The notes beneath the pieces are model-generated. The model ran no database searches, was not told where the DNA came from, and was given only the letters and a program-made list of their open reading frames with translations. Source: the human T2T-CHM13v2.0 reference genome, Homo sapiens. Taken from it: a stretch of 64,000 nucleotides of DNA. Shown in pieces: positions 43,390 to 57,589 of this stretch. Both the position numbers and the translations under genes were made by a program. Positions within the stretch are counted from its first letter, which is position 1; each line of letters opens with the position of its first letter. The stretch is taken from the NCBI RefSeq assembly GCF_009914755.1, contig NC_060941.1; one strand, 5' to 3'.

Positions 43390-43760
43390 TTGAGATGTCC
43401 TTAGAGATGTTGGCCAAAGTTTCCAGTTCCCCACCCTCCCAAGCCCGTGGGGAAATTGTGCTTCCTGGTGGTTTTTGGGTGGGGGGCCGGGGGAGGGTCA
43501 TGTGACCAGTTATGGCCCGTGAGGTGTGAGCAGAAGTGACATGTCCCTTCTAGGCCAGAGCCTTTCATGGCCATGAGGATCCACAGAACTCACTTTCCTC
43601 TGGTAGACCAAAGTCAAGGTGGCAACTGCTCAGTGAGAGGGAGCCTCCCTGCTACCCCAGTGGATGGTAGTGTGAAGGATAAACCAACTTTTGTTGTTGT
43701 GAGCCCTTGAGATTTGAGAGTTTTGTTACAGCAACATGGCTAGCACATCCTGACTGATTC
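43390..43760 (+). mobile_element. Old MLT1 LTR (MLT1I/J-like)
   Basis: CATGTGACCAGTTATGGCC...GTGAGCAGAAGTGAC...TTTGTTACAGCAACAT...CCTGACTGAT. Confidence 0.65.
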
Positions 43761-43962
43761 TTCATCATCATCATCATCATCACTCAAGCCTGTCCCCCGG
43801 CCAGGGGTCCATCCAGGAGAACAACAGCCATGGAGGAGACCCGTCAAAAAATAGAACTTTATTACCAATCTGTTTCTATAATTGTTTGACTCATTTTCTC
43901 ACTCATTTGTTTGCTTTATCACCAATTTCTTTACATCATTTATTCCTTCAAAAACACTTCTT

Positions 43963-44358
43963 GGCTGGGTGCAGTGGGTCACGCCTGTAATCCGAGCACT
44001 CTGGGAGCCCAAGGCAGGCAGATCACCTGAGGTCAGGAGTTTGAGACCAGCCTGGCCATCATATAGTGAAACCCCATCTCTACTAAAAAATACAAAAATT
44101 CGGTGAGCTGAGATCGTGCCATTGCACTCCAGCCTGGGCAACAAGAACGAAACTCCGTCTCAAAAAACAAAAACAAAAACAAAAACAAAAACGAGCCAGG
44201 TGTGGTAGCACACACTTGCAGTCCCAGCTACTTGCAAGGCTGAGGCAGGAGAATCGCTTATACCCAGCGGGCAGAGGTTGCAGTGAGCTGAGATCGCACC
44301 ACTCTACTCTGGCCTGGGCGACAGTGCAAGACTCCCTCTCTCAAAAAACAAACAAAAA
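43963..44358 (+). mobile_element. Alu split by a short Alu 3' fragment (44101-44191) in its linker
   Basis: Left arm, about 90 bp of an Alu 3' end with (CAAAAA)n tail, then the right arm. Confidence 0.85.
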
Positions 44359-44741
<383 letters not shown>

Positions 44742-45651
44742 TCATTCTGCAGAGCCACGGTGCTTGCCCAGAGGTCAGCAGCCCTATGGGATGCTTGGGG
44801 TGGGGCGTCAGATTTGCAGAGCTGGGGCGAGGGAAGGAATGGCACTTGGGGGAGTGGGTCTGCTGGAGAAAGGCCTACAGGTAACAGGAAGCACTAGGCA
44901 GTTGGGTCCGGCCAGCAGGGATGGGACCGTGTAGTGGCCAAGCTGGAGGGGGACTTTGGTCCCTGGGTCATGGGGTGTGCAGTGCTCTGCACTGAATGAT
45001 GAGAGGGCATGCAAAGGTGAAACAAGAGGCCAGCTGCTGAAGGGAGGAAGACCAGGTAGGCAGCTGGGCCAAGGATCCAGGTGGACAAGGGCTGGCATGG
45101 GTCTGAAGAGGAAGAGCAGGGCCAGGGAAAGCCCAGGGCTGGATGGCCAGTGGTTGTGAGCTGCACCAGCAGCCAGAGGGAGCCGGGGACTGGATGGGGG
45201 TGGCCCTGTGCAGTGACGGGGAAAGTTTGAGGGATCAGAGTAGAGTTGGGGCACCCGAGCGGCATCCAGGGGAGATGTCCAGGATGTAGGGTGGTGAATG
45301 GACAGGACATTGAAGTGAGAATCACCCCTCCTGCCCATAGACAAACCATTGGTTTGAGGGTGGGGCCTGCCCTGGGAGCCGGGAAGCACACATTTCTTCT
45401 CTGTGTGGGCTCAGGGGAAAAAAAGAATTGAAACTCCCACAGGGGAAAAGTTTTTAAAGATTCCACCATTGGAATGCTGGTCTTGTGTAACAGGAATGTT
45501 TTAATCCATGCATTTGAAACACAGTTATTGAGATCCTACTGTGAGCTGGGCTCTGCCCTAGGTGCCCATGGGTGAGCAGACAGACAGCGATCTCTGCCCT
45601 GGTGAGCTCCTTCCTGTCTTAGTGGGAGACAGGCAGCTAATGACGAGCAAT

Positions 45652-45905
45652 CTGGGGCATGCTCCTTAGTCCTAAGCTACTCAGGAGGCTGAGGCAGGCA
45701 GATCGCTTGAGTTCAGGAGTTCGAGGCCAGCCTGGGCTACATAGCAGAACCCCGCCTCTACAAAAAATACATAAATTAGCTGGGCATGGTGGTGTGTACC
45801 TGTATTCTCAGCTACTCAGGAGGCTGAGGTGGGAAGATCGCTTGAGCCCCGGAGTTTGAATCCAGCCTGGGTAACATAGCAAGACCTCGTCTCTGAAAAT
45901 AACTA
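45652..45905 (+). mobile_element. Atypical Alu-family dimer of two FLAM-like monomers
   Basis: The second arm lacks the ~31-nt right-arm insertion (GGAGTTTGAATCCAGCCTGGG). Confidence 0.75.
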
Positions 45906-45979
45906 AATACTTTTAAAAAGAAGATAGATGTAGTGAGAAAAAAAAGTAGGTGGGGAAGGGGCTCAGGGATGGGGGAGAT

Positions 45980-46507
<528 letters not shown>

Positions 46508-47013
46508 AGACTCTAGCTTTCATTCTGAGTGAGCTGGAGACTGCAAGAGGCAGGCTCCAAGCTGACTTACTATCTCACAGGCTCCCTCAGGAGTTGAGGG
46601 GGCCAGACAGAGCTTGAAGGGGAGTAGAAGGCTCCTGGAGGCTCTGGCAGACCTCAGAAGCTGCAGCCACATCGACCAAGCTGACCCCACCCACCATCTC
46701 CAAGGAATGGGGTAATGGGCACCCCAGGCCTCTCAGGTCTCTGCCTCTGCCTTGCTCCTCCTCCTTCCTCCTGCTGCCACCCTCTGATGGTGCTTCAGCC
46801 TGTGCCATTTTTCTGGGTCCTCTCCAAGTGTATATTGACCCTGAGGTGGCAGCAGGAGGGGAGGCAGGCCCCCTCCCCAGGAGGAGACCCCCTTGATGAA
46901 CTCTGAGAAGCTGGTTGCTTAGCAAGCCCTTTTTTCTCCAACAATACTTGTGCTAATCAGCCTAGATTGAATGAGCAAGGAATTGGCTTTTGCACCTTCC
47001 TGTCCTCTCTTCT

Positions 47014-47014
47014 C

Positions 47015-47045
<31 letters not shown>

Positions 47046-47188
47046 TATATATATGTACATTTTTTTCCCTTAGAGACAGAGTCTCACTATGTTGCCCAAT
47101 CTGGATTCAAAGTCCTAGGCTCAAGCAATCCTCCTACCTTAGCTTCCTGAGTAGCTGGAACTACAGGTGTGTGCTAGAGTGCCTGGCT
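47014..47188 (-). mobile_element. FLAM with a (TA)n(CA)n(TA)n microsatellite at its tail
   Basis: Antisense monomer 47060-47188; microsatellite 47014-47059. Confidence 0.85.
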
Positions 47189-47629
47189 AGGGACTCCATT
47201 CTAGAATCATGGAATCTTAGGGGTCCCCTGGGTTGCATCTTGACTCAGTGAGTGAGTGGGTTACTTTTTCACATCCCTCCTTGTACACCTCCTGTGACTC
47301 CTGGCAGCTCACTCTCTTTCTAGCGACTGAGGGCCTCTGGACAAGGTGAGGGGGACAGAGCAATGGTCCAGAAGTTAGAAGACTGTGGTCCCAGTCACAG
47401 GCTGGGCACCATAAGTGGACACCATAACTGACCCATCCTCCTTTTGTGCTCAAATGCTGCAGTTCATCCGGAAACAACCAAAACATTCCAGCTTCACAGC
47501 TGCCAGGGTTTGGAGTTGAACCCTGTGTCCCGTGCTCCTGCCACCCCTGCTCCAGGCACAAAGGGAACAGTTCGTCAGTCCACCACGGGCCTTTCCTATC
47601 CTCAGTTGCAGAGTGGGCCAGGACATGCC

Positions 47630-47800
47630 GCTTTACAGATGGGAAGACTGAGGCCCAGAGAGTGGAAGGGAAGGAGAGGAGCCCATTCCAGGCTCCCGGC
47701 CTGGGATTTTTCCCATATGCTCCAGCAGCCACCCGGGGACCATCATTATGACAATGATGACTGATGGAGGGCCTAGTGTGCCGGGCACTGTGCTGAGAGA
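47630..47800. mobile_element. MIR
   Basis: TTTACAGATGGGAAGACTGAGGCCCAGAGAG. Confidence 0.65.
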
Positions 47801-50479
47801 CCCCAAGGAGGGCGTAGCATCTGTGTCCACAGGAGGAGGCTGTGAGGCTGAGAGTACCTAGGGAGAGCAGAGCTGGAGCTGGCTGGGCTCTGGCCATGCG
47901 GCTTTGCTGTTTGCTGTCTGCTGTTTGCCGTATCAAGGGGCGATACTCAGGCGGGCTCCTCTCAGTCTCTCTTCTTTGGTCTCACCTCTACTCAGAAAAG
48001 CCCTTTGCTGGCCCCCAAATACTCCTACCCCGACTCTCTTCTCCACCCCTCCAGGCTCCCAAGGCCCCTGCCTGCCTCGGCCTCCCTGCTGGGTTGACCA
48101 CAGTCAGTCCTGGCTGGAAGCTGACCCTCTCCACAGCTGCCCCAAAATACATGTCACAGTGGGGCATTTGCAGTTCCAGCCTGGGCAGCTGCCCACTAGG
48201 TCTCTTTCCTGCCCTTCCCTGGGTCTGCCCCCAGGCCCCTGGCCTCATTCTGGTCCTGAGCTCCCTTCTCTGGGCCAAGGAGCTGCTGGGCCTCGGGGAG
48301 GGGGAACCCCAGCACTAGGTCCAAAGTGATGTAGCAGGGCCACTGTCTGTGCCGGGGCCTGGAGCTTTCCCCTCAACCTTAAGGGGCCCCCAGATCAGCT
48401 CCGTGCGGGCCTGGGGTGCAGCTTCCAGAATCTTGGAAACCTGTTTTTCATGGAGCCAGATAGAATGAGCACCCAGGAGGAGGCAGTTCCAAGAGCTGGT
48501 GCTTCAGGAGGAAACCTGCACAGCAGACAGGCGTGCGCACATTCCTAGATGCTAGCCCTGTGGCGGCGCACCTCACGCTCATTCACAGTACACGGACATG
48601 CTCACCTGCCCACCATGGGTGGTCAACCCTTGGACACCCACACTCTTCTCACACCCTCACACACACACTCTGCACCACTCGCCTAGCCCCGGCCACGCTC
48701 ATGTCAGGATTCTGAAGACCTCGAGCACACACAGACACGCACCTGGTCACGTGCACTTTCACACATACACTTGGCACCAGGGTGGCAGCAGCGGAGGTGA
48801 CTGAGAAGCCTGCTTTTCACAGAGAATCAGAACCCAGCGGGGGCTTTAGCCACAAAAAAAGAGCATTTCAAGGAGAAGGGCTGCCTGCATGCCAAGCACA
48901 CGCCCCTCACCTACCCAGGACCCCTTGTGGGAGCTGAGCCCCATGGAGACCCCGGGGTACCCATCCCACCCTCCAACATCCATCCCTACGTGGATATACG
49001 GCCACAGTTGCAGCTGCGGCCATGAGGAGGGGTTTTTGCTCCTTTTTAGCAGTGCTCCATCCCCCACCCCAGAGTACAGGGGGCTGCCCAGAGACCCTCC
49101 TGGCCCTGGGGGCCTGTGAGTCAGAGGCTGCCAGTGGTGGCCTTTCGGCTGTTGCTGGGGAAATGGCAGCACAGTGGCCACCAAGACTAGGACTCCCTGG
49201 GGAGGCCCTGCTGGCCCTGGCACTGGTGGCTTGGCCTCACCCAGCCCCACCTGGCAGATGTGCCCCTTGTGGCTACCCAAGGACTGGCCCCCTCCTCATT
49301 TCAGAGGTGGAGAAACTGAGGTAAAAAAGTGGAGACAGCCAGGGCACCCCTCCCACAAGGCCCTGCCTCATTTGAGACAGAGCCCTCTGGGAAGCCTATG
49401 CATTCTGTAGGTGGGGACCTTTGGGGCCATTTTTTCCAGAGGCCCAGAGAGGGCCGTCTTCTTGCCCAAGGTCACACAGCAAGTTCATGGCATAAGCTAG
49501 CCAGCCTCGTACTCCAGAGCTCTCCTGAGGGCCCCCATGTGTCTGTGCGGGGGTGTTGATGGGGGGCAGGTGGGAGGGAGGAGGTAAGGCTGATTTGTTT
49601 CCCAGCCTCCTCCCCCTCCCCTGCTCCCTTCTCTCCCTCACACGGTTTGTTTGGAGAATGACTCACAGGAATGCAGCAAAATCCTGATGGATGGGAAGGC
49701 AGGGCCGCAGTACCCGGAAAACCTCTCCAGGGTAGGGAGGCGGGGCTGAGCCTTGGGGCCTGAGAGGCTGGTGATAGGGGAGCCCTGCATGCAGGTGGGG
49801 CGACTGAGGCCCTGGAAGAACTCTGGTCACGTCCTGGCTGGGGGTTGTCCCTCCTCGACAGAAACACACAGGCCCTGGCTGCCGCAGCACCCCTGGAGCA
49901 CCCGTCCCCCATGATTTCCATCTTTGTGTCCCCGAGGCATCTGGTGCACTGTAGCTGACAAACACATGCATTTTGGCACTGAGTGTGACCCAAGTCAGAC
50001 CCTCCTGTGTGTGCCCTGTCCCCCAGGTCCTCCCAGCTCCCCGGAGTTGGGGGGCGGGTGCTTGCCATTCAGTCCTTTCAGAGGCAGCCAAGGGCCTACG
50101 GCATGCTGGACACTGCCAGGGGCTGGGGAGGCTGGGATGGAGCTGGAGGGAAGTGGGAGGTGTACACGGGATGGACACCTCCTGTGTATGTTCCAAATGT
50201 GCTGGAGGCCTCAACAGGTCTTGGTACAAGGTGAGGCAAACCTTAGAGGACCTAGGATGAAGTTTCACGTAAAGGAACAGTGGCTGTAAGGGCTCCCAGA
50301 AAGTGTAGGGACCCTGGGAAGGTCCCAGTCTTTGAATAAAGGTGGGTGGGACCTTATTGGTAGCTTGGGGCATTAGGGCCCAGATATCAGGCAGCAGCAT
50401 GAGGTGAGGCCCGGGCTCTGTCCCAGGGCAAGCCCTCCTCCTGCGCACCACATCTGGGGCCTCCGAGGAGGGACAAAGC

Positions 50480-50720
50480 ATTCAACTCCCGGGACCTGTG
50501 GGTGGGAATGTCCCCAGGCCCAGCCCTTTAGTGCCTGCTGATGGCTGTCACGCGGTGTCCGGCCCTGATGACCAGATATGTGTTTTCAAGAGAAGCTGGA
50601 ATTTGGATTTTTATGTGAACTCTCCTGATTCTCAAATGCTGGCTCCGTTAACAAAAGGCACAGTGTGGTTTAAACCACACATGTCCGCAGGCAGAGGACC
50701 ACCAGTTTCTAATGTCTGCG
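50480..50720. mobile_element. hAT-Charlie remnant (MER102/MER103-like)
   Basis: TTCAAGAGAAGCTGGAATTTGGATTTTTATGTGAACTCTCCTGATT...CCACCAGTTT. Confidence 0.5.
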
Positions 50721-50779
50721 CTGTGGGGCGCTTGGGTTTTTGCATTTGGTTCTTTTACATTCCTTATTTTATTGGAAAC

Positions 50780-51330
50780 AGCCCAAATAGTCACTGAGCT
50801 GCAACTCTGTGCTAGGTGCCGGGGCTCTATCAGCGAATAAAACAACATGTGACGGAGCTGCCATTTTAGTGGGAGAAGACAGTGAATAAACATATATCAG
50901 GTGATATGTGTTAGGAAGCAAATGGAAGCAGGGCTCCAGAACAGAGAGCGGCTGCAAGGCCAAGCCCACATTTGGGTGGAAGGGGCAGCTAGTGCAAAGG
51001 CCCTGAGGTGGGGCTATGCTAGGTGTGTTAGAGGCCTGTGTGGCTGCAGCGGGAGTGGGTGGGGAAGTGGGAGGAGGTGAGGTCAGAAGGTAGCATAGGT
51101 CAAATGGCATAGGAGACTGTGGGCTGTGGTATAAGCTTGGTTTTAAGTCTTATGTGAGGTGGGAGCCATGGAGGATTCCTAGGGAGGGAGGGTCAGGATC
51201 AGACTTGGTTTAACAGGCTCTGTCTGGGTGTTGTAATGGCTGAGTGGGGCAAGGATGGGCCTAGGAGGCCCAGAAGGGGCTATTGCACTTGTCTGGCTGA
51301 GTGATGATGCGGCCTGAACAGGAAGGGGGT
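50780..51330 (-). mobile_element. L2 fragment
   Basis: CTGTGCTAGGTGCCGGGG...GTGCAAAGGCCCTGAGGTGGG...GGGAGCCATGGAGG. Confidence 0.65.
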
Positions 51331-51439
51331 AGTCACCAGAGGGTGACCTGAGGAAACTGTGGTCAAGCCTCTCCATGGTGTAAACAGTAAACACGATACT
51401 GATTCTAAGGACTTGGTAGTAACATGGAAATGGTGACTG

Positions 51440-51780
51440 TGTATAATGCTATGTGAAAATAGGATTAGAAAATTGTACATTAAAAACACACCAGCCCAGA
51501 TGCAAAAGGCTGCAGATCATATGATTCCATTCATACGAAATGCCCAGGACAGGCGAATCCAGAGAGACAGACAGGAGGTGAGCAATTGCCAGGGGCTGGG
51601 GGTGGGGAAATGGGGGGTGACTGCCTATGGGAACAGGTTTCTTTTTGGGAGGGGGATGAAAATGTTCTGAAATTAGGTAGCAGTGATAGTTGCACAACTT
51701 CATGAATATACCAAAACCCTGAGTTGTCCCCTTTAAAAGGGTGAATTTTATAGTGAGTGAATTATACCTCAAAAAAAAAA
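51440..51780 (+). mobile_element. L1MB-like 3' end with poly-A
   Basis: ATATGATTCCATT...TGCCAGGGGCTGGGG...GATGAAAATGTTCTGAAATTAG...GTGAATTATACCTCAAAAAAAAAA. Confidence 0.85.
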
Positions 51781-51842
51781 TTTTTTTTAAGGCATGTCCA
51801 GATTTCTAACCAAAATTGGATGCACATAGAAAACATTGCAAG

Positions 51843-52273
51843 GAGCTGGGCGTGATGGTGCCTGTGGTCCCCACTGCTTGGGAGGCCAAGGCAGGTGAAT
51901 CACCTAAGCCCAGGAGTTCGAGACTAGAGCCTGGGTGATATAGTGAGATCCTGTCTCTAAATAATAATAATAGGCCAGCTGCAGTGGCTCATGCCTGTAA
52001 TCCCAGTACTTTGGGAGGCCGAGGTGCACGGATCACCTGAGGTCAGGGGTTCGAGACCAGCCTGGCCAACATGGTAAAACCCCATCTCTACTGAAAATAC
52101 AAAAATTTAGCTGGGCGTGGTGATACACGCCTGTAGTCCCAGCTACTCAAGAGGCTGAGGCAGGAGAATCGCTTGAACCCAGGAGGTGGAGGTTGCAGTG
52201 AGCCAAGATCTTGCTACTGTACTGCAGCCTGGGCAACGAGAGCAAAACTCCATCTCAAAAAATAAATAATAAA
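51843..52273 (+). mobile_element. FLAM (51843-51972) with a full AluS (51973-52273) inserted in its tail
   Basis: Monomer, (TAA)n, then dimeric Alu; outer flanks A(C/G)ATTG(C/T)AAGGA. Confidence 0.88.
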
Positions 52274-54934
52274 ATTTTAAAAAGATTGTAAGGAAATATT
52301 CACAGTAATTGTCATAGGGTGAAGGGGATTCTGGATTTTGTTTGTTTTCTGTGTACTTTTCAATTTTTAAAACTTAAAAGTAGGCATTTCTCTCTAAAAT
52401 CATAAAGACTTTGTGACTAGGGCCAGAGATGGGGGATCCACTTGGAGGGGCTCAGCCTCTCTCTCCAGCTCTTGTGGATCCATTCAGCTGCATGGCTTTC
52501 ACTTGGGAGGTTGGGAGCAGGAGCTTGCTCTGGTCCGCGTCTCTGACCTTCTGGAATTCCATTCCTGCTCACATGGCCTTGGTCAAGTCACAGGACCAGA
52601 GATCCTAGCGGCCCTCCCCTGGAGAGTGTCCCAGCCGCCCACGATGCCTCCACCCAGAGGCTGCCCTGTTCTGCTTGCATGCCTTCAGCCGCAGGTTGCT
52701 CACCACCTCCCGAGCAGCTCCCTCCTTCCATTTCTGGGCAGCCCTGCCTGCTAGCAAGCTCTTCCTTATATGGAGGTGAAATCTGTCTTCCTGTTGCTTC
52801 CTCAGCTCCCTCTCTGAACCCCAGTTTCTGGGTCTGCAGAAGGGGGCTCCCAGGCCTCTCCCTGCCTACCTTGGCCACTGGGAGGTTCTGAAGAGACTGG
52901 AGGACCAGCAGCCCAGAGCCTGTGTCGGTGGTCATTCAGCTCTCGGGACAAAGCGTGGGTGGGCCTGTGCCCTGGTGGCATAACCAAGTAGGATTTCCAC
53001 ATTCAGTGTCTAGGCCATCGCTGTGAAATTGGAATTTGATACTAATCCTGGAGATTGAAAACTCAAACCTCTCCATAGGCCAGGAGGGAATGATAATCAT
53101 CAGTGCTAACATTTACGGAGGGCTTGTGGCGTGGCCAACTCTGAGTGACGTTTATGCACTCATTTCTATTTATCACCAGCAAATCCCGGGCCCTGCTGTT
53201 CTTCCCCATTTTAAAGGTGAAAAACCTGAGGCTCAGAAACGTAACGGGAAGCAGCTGGGTGCGAGCCTCCTGGCACACATTGTGGGAGTGCTGTGGGTCG
53301 AATAAGGAAGCTGAGCAGCAGGCAGCCTCTCCCCTGCAGAAGGGCACAGAAGCAGGACTGGAAGGAAATCCTGGTTGTGGGCTGAGCTCGGGCCATCCAC
53401 TTGTCGTGGTGGGTGAAGGGTCTGGTCCGCAGGTCTGCTCTCCAAGCTGCCTCGTTGCAGGTGCTGACTTTGGGAGGATTCTCCTTGTCTCGGCCTAGGA
53501 GCTTTCTTGCTCAGCTTGGGGAGAGAGGTAGTAATGTCGCCTTCCACCTCATGGACTTCCCAGTTTAGAATGCTGCTTCCCATCCCACCCACATCACCCT
53601 CTGTTAGGTAAGCAGGAGCAGAAATGCAGTCCTTCATCTCAGCTCTGGAAACGGGTTCAGAGAGGGTGTAGAACTGCCCAGGGGCACACAGCCAGGACAG
53701 GCCCAAGCCAGGAATTGCACTGGGGGTGAGCAGGGGATGGCTTTCCTGGCTTAAGGTATGTGGGAGGCCAAGAGCCATCATTTTTCCCAATCCTCTCCTG
53801 GAGAGCCAGGGGACATCTGAAGCCAGGGGCTCTGCCTGTTTCCTCTGCACTGTCCCTGTGCTGGGCTGCTCTGAGCTGGGCACTGGTGTGGAAGGTAAAT
53901 AAGCAGCCCCATGACAAGCTGTGAGACCGGGCAGTGGTTTGGGCTCCACCCAGGCCCATGCCTCTCTCTTCTGCTTGCAGAGCCTCAGTGTCTGCATCTC
54001 TCAAATGGGCTAAGGACACTCACCTCAGAGGATGGCTGAGAGGATTCCATGTGGGGTGCTTGGCAGAGTTAGCTCCAGCTCTGCATGCCACCCCCTCCCA
54101 TGGTGCAGCCACCTGGGTTCCACCAGGGCATTCTGGGATGACACCAGACCGGGAGGAGAAGTGCGAGGAGTGGTGTGGTCATTGGCGTCTTTCCTCTGCC
54201 TCTGCCTCCCCCGGCCCCTTCCATTCACATGGTAGAAATTCAGATAGCACAGCAGCAAGTGTCCCTCCCGCTCCTGACCTTCCAGCAGTTTCTTCTCCAT
54301 CCTTCCAGGAGTGATCTCCACAGATTCAGATGCCCCCCGGAAAGGGCTTTCCATTCAAAGTTTCCCCTGGACTCATTCTGGCCCCAGAGAGGCTGTGCCC
54401 GATCCGATCCTCGCCCCTTTGCGGGTGTGAACTTGGAGGCTGTGAGAGGGCCAAGTTGCCCCTGGGAATCGTACATATTCTGTTCCACATCCTCCTCCTG
54501 TTGTCCGTTCCGTGCCCTCCTATGTCAGGAGTGGAGGAGTGCTGGAAGGCTGTGCAACACACTGTTACCCATTTTGCAGATGACAAACTATGGCGGGGGG
54601 AATGGGTTTCCCTTAGCAGAGAGGGAATTGTCCAAGTCATGCCAAAGACTTAAGGGCATGTCATAGCCAGCTTGAGTCCAGGCAGGAGCTGTAGCCACCA
54701 GTCGGGACAAAGTCAGGGGACTTGAGAGGTCTTCACCCAGCTGCGGCCAGGAGAAGGCCTGGAGGGAGCATCCCTGCTGCCATCAAGTCCAGGGAGGGCA
54801 GAAGCCCATGGAGCTCTGAGCTGAGTTGGGAAGTGGCTGGAGGGGTCACTTGTGGGGTGGTTAAGCCACCCAGAGATACCCATGAGCCCTGGGGCCAGGG
54901 AACAAAAGATGTGTGAAGGCAGGTGACTGACACT

Positions 54935-55330
54935 TGGGTGTGTGTGGACTTCTACATAGAGAAATCTCCGTGTTCTTGCATGTGCATGTGTCATTTATAT
55001 GTATACATGTGTATATGTGTATACATCTCTGCATGTAGCTGTGTGTGTATGTCTATATGATTGCATGAGTGTGTGTACACACAGATGTATATGCCCATGT
55101 TTCTGGATGTGTGTGCCCAGCCTGAGGGGGGGACAGGGTTCTGTACGTGTGTGTGCACACGTGTCTGTGTGCATGTGTATGTGGTTTTGTGTCTTTTCAT
55201 GTGTGTGGTGCCTGTGTGTCTGAGTGCACATTGTATGGAGGGTCTGGGGGCTGCGTATGAGGTAACTGTGTGATTCTGTCTGACTCTGGGTGTGTTTTGT
55301 GTTGGGTGTGTCTACGTGTGTGTCTGGCCC
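54935..55330. repeat. Degenerate TG/TA-rich low-complexity tract
   Basis: Imperfect GTGT/GTAT/GCAT repeats. Confidence 0.8.
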
Positions 55331-57589
55331 ACATATGCTGGCCCAGGGCAGGATGGAGGGGCCTCCTGTGTGGTGCTGCTGGACTCTGTTGTGGTCACCA
55401 CGGCCCCGTGGGCTTAGCGTGGGGCACTGGTGGGGCTGATGTTGCCACTTAACCTCAGGGTGGGATGGCATGGAGCAGGCCCATCCCGATGTCCCTGGGT
55501 GGCCTGGTGGAATGTGCCCACGGGATGCCCACCACTGGGGGACCCCACCAGCGTTGGGGCTGAGGCTTAGGCTGTAGCAGGCTAAGAGGTCCGTCTATAG
55601 CAGTGGCTAGATGTCTGTGGCTGGGGCCTGTGCCTGAGGTCAGAAGTCCATTTGTGGAAGAGGCTGGGAGTCAGTCTGTTGCTGGGATTGGGGAGGGATC
55701 ACAGGGACCAGGGTCAAGAGTCAGAATGTGGCTGCTGCCATGGCTAAGGGTCAGTCTGTGGCTGCAGTTGCAGATCAGTCTGTATGGCACAGAAGACAGG
55801 TTAGGCCTCAGCCACACCACTGTCCCCAGCCCCTTGGTGGCTTCCTGGCCCAGGGGTAAGTTTGAGCCCTGGGAACAAGGGGCAGAGAGAAGAAAGCGCC
55901 TGTGAGTCCTGCTACCAAGCAGGCCTGGGCCCAGCTGTTCCCATGGCCATGGCAGAGAACCCCAGCCAGCCCAACGTGTCCAGAGTGTGTGGCTTCATTG
56001 TAGCCAGGAACCAAGGGTGCCCAGGACCGTGCCAGGGTGAGCAGGGCAGTGCTTCCCAAGTGAGACTGAGAGAAGACCCCTGCCTGCCTCTCAGTGCATT
56101 TCCTCAGGCACCCTCTGGTGCCTAACCCTGTGGCTCTATAACCCTCCTTCTCTCTTCTCCTACCCTTCTTTCCCCTCTCCTTTATCTGCTGTCATCCTCC
56201 CCACTCCCCAATCTGTCTTCCTTTGCAGCTGCCCTGTCCTCTCTTTCCCCCAGCCAGCCTCCTGCCCCCCACCTGGGCCCTCTGAACCCCAGGGCCTTGC
56301 CTCTTTTAAGTTCAGCAGATTTGACTTCACTCAGACGCTGGCGCTGAGGAAGGAAGATGAATACCCATAGTCTGGATGCCCCAGGAGAAGGAGGCTGCAT
56401 GGAGGCCCAGTCACACGCCTGCAGGCGGGGGCCGTCTTCCTGGAGCCCATGTCCAGTGAAGGGTCCACAGCAGGGGTCAAGGGGGGCTTAGACTCGGATT
56501 CTGCCCTGTTTGAGCCTGAAGCTGCACTGACCTCATGGGATGGCCTCCTGCAGTCAAGTAGGGAAGGATGGACAGACACACAGATGACAGGGAAAACTAC
56601 AGACAGAAAAGATCAAAGGTCGTTCAGATCAAAAGCAGGCAGAAGACGCCTCGGTCTTGGCCCAGCACCAGCATTCCTGTGCAGACCCCAGCCCAGGGCA
56701 GAGACTGAGATGTACTCCCTCTCCCCTCTCCCCCTGCTTCCCCTGGTCGGGAGGTGGCCACCAAGGCAAGCCTTCTGCCGTCACTCCAGCCAGAACCTGC
56801 ATGGGTCGGGGTGGGTGGGCCAGATTAGCCTCCATCCTGGAATCAGGGGAGTGGGGACACTGAGGGGACATTCAAATGTTTGGAACATTTGAAAATGTTC
56901 CAAAAATGTAAGAGAACTTGGATCTCTGTACTCCCGATGCTCTCCACCCCCATCAGCTAAAATATCAAGCTCTTTGCTTTCAAAGAAAAGCATTTTCTCG
57001 AGTGTTTTGCTCTCAGTTTCACATGGTAGCCCCAGCTTGCTCAGGAAGTGCTTGGCGTTAGAGGGTTTTGATGGGGAGAAAAGGGAACAGGGCTGTAGTT
57101 GTTGAAGGACCATGCCAGCCCCATGTGGGCAGGGATGCCTGTTCTGTTCCCTGCTGTCCCACAGTGCCCTGAACAACGCCTGGAACATGGTGGGTTCCAT
57201 AAACGTATACCAAAGGAGATATGTGTGGGCAGTTGGTCTGGGAGACAAAACCGGATCCATGGGGGCAGGAGGGCTGGCAGCTGCAGACCTGGATCAACAT
57301 GCTCATAAAAAGGGGATATTAAGGCTGGGAAACTGGGAAGGTGACTGGGGTAGATGACCCCCTGCTGACTCAGACAGGGCACAGCTCCTGGTACAGTCAT
57401 TAAAAATGGGGCCTCTTGAGCAGTTTTCTAAGCTACCACATTGGCATGAAGGGCATTAATGTGTTGGAGCAGGTACAGTGGAGGCTGAGGAGGGGCAGGG
57501 TTCCTTCCTGAGGCATTTGCTCTCCCACCAGCCCCACTAGCATGAATGGCAGATCCCAGCAGCCGTATCCATCCTTCTTGCAAGTTGCT

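Noticed and set aside
51332-56123. CACCAGAGGGTG-type short hairpins/CTCF-like matches at 51332 and 56106
   Set aside because: Mismatches at key CTCF positions; 6-7-bp stems are expected by chance
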